DNA of 64,000 nucleotides from Marsupella aquatica (taxonomy: Eukaryota; Plantae; Marchantiophyta). The translations under genes and the position numbers were made by a program. The notes beneath the pieces are model-generated. The model saw only the letters and a program-made list of their open reading frames with translations, was not told the origin of the DNA and searched no databases. Below are positions 61,832-64,000 of the stretch, one piece after another. The DNA lies in assembly GCA_973895155.1 (NCBI GenBank), contig OZ316893.1, forward strand, positions 23,086,015 through 23,150,014, written 5' to 3'. Each line of letters opens with the position of its first letter. Positions within the stretch are counted from its first letter, which is position 1.

Positions 61832-63651
61832 ATGGAAGAGGAGCACGAGGTTTACGGGGGCGAAATACCGGAAGAAGTGGAAGGAGATTTGGAGGTGGAC
61901 CTTGACGGGCAGCCGGATGATGGAGTCACTAAAGTGGAAGATGTTGTCGGCGACGACGCAGCCTCCAAGGTACAGTGGTTGCCGCTGCACTTTTTCCTTG
62001 TCATTCCAGTTGGTCCTTCTTTAGGGTTGTCGTCTTCCGTTAGCTCTAAGAGGATGGGTAATCGCACTCTTTCGACCTTTCGTGTGCTGTCGAACCTCCG
62101 CTGAAAGTCATATGTCTCGCGTAATCTTGTCGGGACTAGCAGCATTGCTAGTTGCGGACCGGTTTCTCTCGGAGAGCACAGCAGAAAATTTGACGCTTTA
62201 ATCGTGACTCCAAATTTCCTGATGGCTAAAATAATTTTGAAAGATAGTGTTAATGGCTGCAATGGAATTGAAGACATGATTAAATCAAAATCTGAAAGCT
62301 ACTTCACTTATGCGGGTCCAGGGAGGGTACATTGTGCTATGTCTTACCCAGAAAAGTGAGACAGACTTGGCGTAAGATGGCGCTTTGTCTACCGCCTTCA
62401 GTTTCCCCCTATTGGTTGTTAGGCGTTTGCTTTTAGAACTTTGCAACGGGCAGTCTTTGACTTAAGAGAATTCGTATCACTCGCCATTGAATGAGGGAAG
62501 ATCTTGGTTTGCGTCATTATCGTTTCCTGCTGCATGCCGTACTTCAAGCCTTACCATCGTAGTAGGGTTTTTTAAGCCGAGGAGATATTTCTAGCAATAG
62601 GGCCAGTTTTGCACACGGCAAAAACTGTGTGGTCGTTCTGGGAGGTATATCAAAGCTCTGGTTCTGACTGGTCATCTGTTTGTGGGATGGTGGGAACGAT
62701 TATTCTTTCACGTCTAGGAGTAGGGGAATTGGCTCTGTTCCAAATTTGTCTAAATGAGCTACCGTATGTGCGACAAAGTCGTGGATGTCTGAACCCTTGT
62801 TCTCGTGTATCAGGAGTTGGAAGAGATGAAGAAGCGTTTGAAAGAGATGGAAGAAGAAGCTGCTGCTCTAAGGGACATGCAAGCGAAAGTTGAAAAAGAG
62901 ATGAGTGCTCAAGGTGAAATTCTAACAGTAATTACATGCTCGTTTTCATGTTTTGTTGTTTACTCATAATATTGCGGTAAGGACTTTTAACTGGATAACT
63001 GAATGTCTTGAATAATTGAAATTTGAAGGATCTACGGTCAGCGTCAAGGGTGCGAGTGTGTTCAAGTACATCCGCTGTATTTGATTTCAAAGGGACATTC
63101 TCCCTTGAAATGTCAGTAAGGGTGTCTACTGGAAGTCTGCTTTGTTGACGGTATCAGGATCGCTGCGGGCGTGTTTCTAAATTGATGGAACCTTAAAATT
63201 TTGGGCCTGGTTTTTGTATTATCAGATCCTGCAGGTGCAGCGGCTTCACAAGCAAATAGAGAGGAGGCCGATGCACGCTCTGTTTTTGTCGGCAATGTAA
63301 TGCTTCTGCACTACTTTCTTTCAATTACCAAATTTTCCTATTTGTCAAAATCTACTTCTGTTGAAAGTATCCCACCTTACAGCACCTGTCAAATTTTCTT
63401 ATGAACTCGTGTTCAATCCATTTGATTGTACTGGATGCCCTAAGCAGGAGTCATTCGCTAGCATTTCCATAGGAGGTCAGTTAGGGTACCCCCCCGTTCA
63501 CCCTCTCGGGTTTCAGGAGACATGATTGTGGGGTGTTAAATGTACAGGTGGATTATTCTTGCACGCCGGAAGAAGTTCAACAGCATTTTCAGTCTTGCGG
63601 AACAGTGAATCGAGTGACCATATTGACGGATAAATTTGGGCAGCCGAAAGG
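61832..63651 (+). CDS. PABN: Nuclear polyadenylate-binding protein (PABN/PABPN1-like), 5' part; the gene continues beyond the window
   Basis: Exons 61832-61969 ([13 protein letters not shown]...), 62814-62913 ([30 protein letters not shown] coiled coil), 63226-63296 ([10 protein letters not shown]) and 63548-63651 ([38 protein letters not shown]), all with GT-AG ends. Confidence 0.93.
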
Positions 63652-64000
63652 GTATGGATAATGACGGGCGTTTTTTTCTGTGTTTATGGAAGCACTTCTT
63701 GTAGCGTTCGTTTAGTTTTTTATAATGTCCTTGGGCTGTTTTGGTAGCTGATAAACAGCCGGGTGGAGTAAATAAATGATAGCAAGCAGTGGAAGCAATG
63801 AGGACTGTCAGAAAAGGATCCTTGAGGATTTGACGTCTTTGACTACTGAATTACCCCCGTTGGCTGCCGTAAAGAAAGTCGCCATCCTTAATTCTGACTA
63901 GCATGAGATATAGTGGATCTTTACATGCTGCACGTGCTAGTGAAGAAGTTTAGTGCCCCTCTTTCTTCAAGTTATTCTGGATGCTTAGGTAGTAGCGCAA

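Overview
This window is eukaryotic nuclear DNA with GT-AG introns, not a prokaryotic sequence. It is most likely from a non-seed land plant such as a bryophyte, which is an inference from gene content and repeats. Seven host genes can be supported. Four are spliced: a NUDX23-like Nudix hydrolase (+), a TMEM186-like mitochondrial membrane protein (-), CULLIN1 (-) with a tandemly duplicated terminal exon, and the 5' part of a nuclear poly(A)-binding protein (+). Three have intronless coding regions: an FtsJ/CMTR-type cap 2'-O-methyltransferase (-), HASTY/exportin-5 (-) and GOT1 (+). The most striking object is a decayed Ty3/Gypsy retrotransposon (about 44.1-51.6 kb, minus strand). Its reconstructed polyprotein reads Gag, protease, DNMT3-like C5 cytosine methyltransferase, RT, RNase H, integrase, PHD finger, so the element carries its own DNA-methylation writer and a putative histone reader. 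Helitron-like non-autonomous elements, a probable LINE 3' end, several tandem arrays and a candidate miRNA-like hairpin fill the intergenic space. All coordinates were read by eye and no database searches were run.
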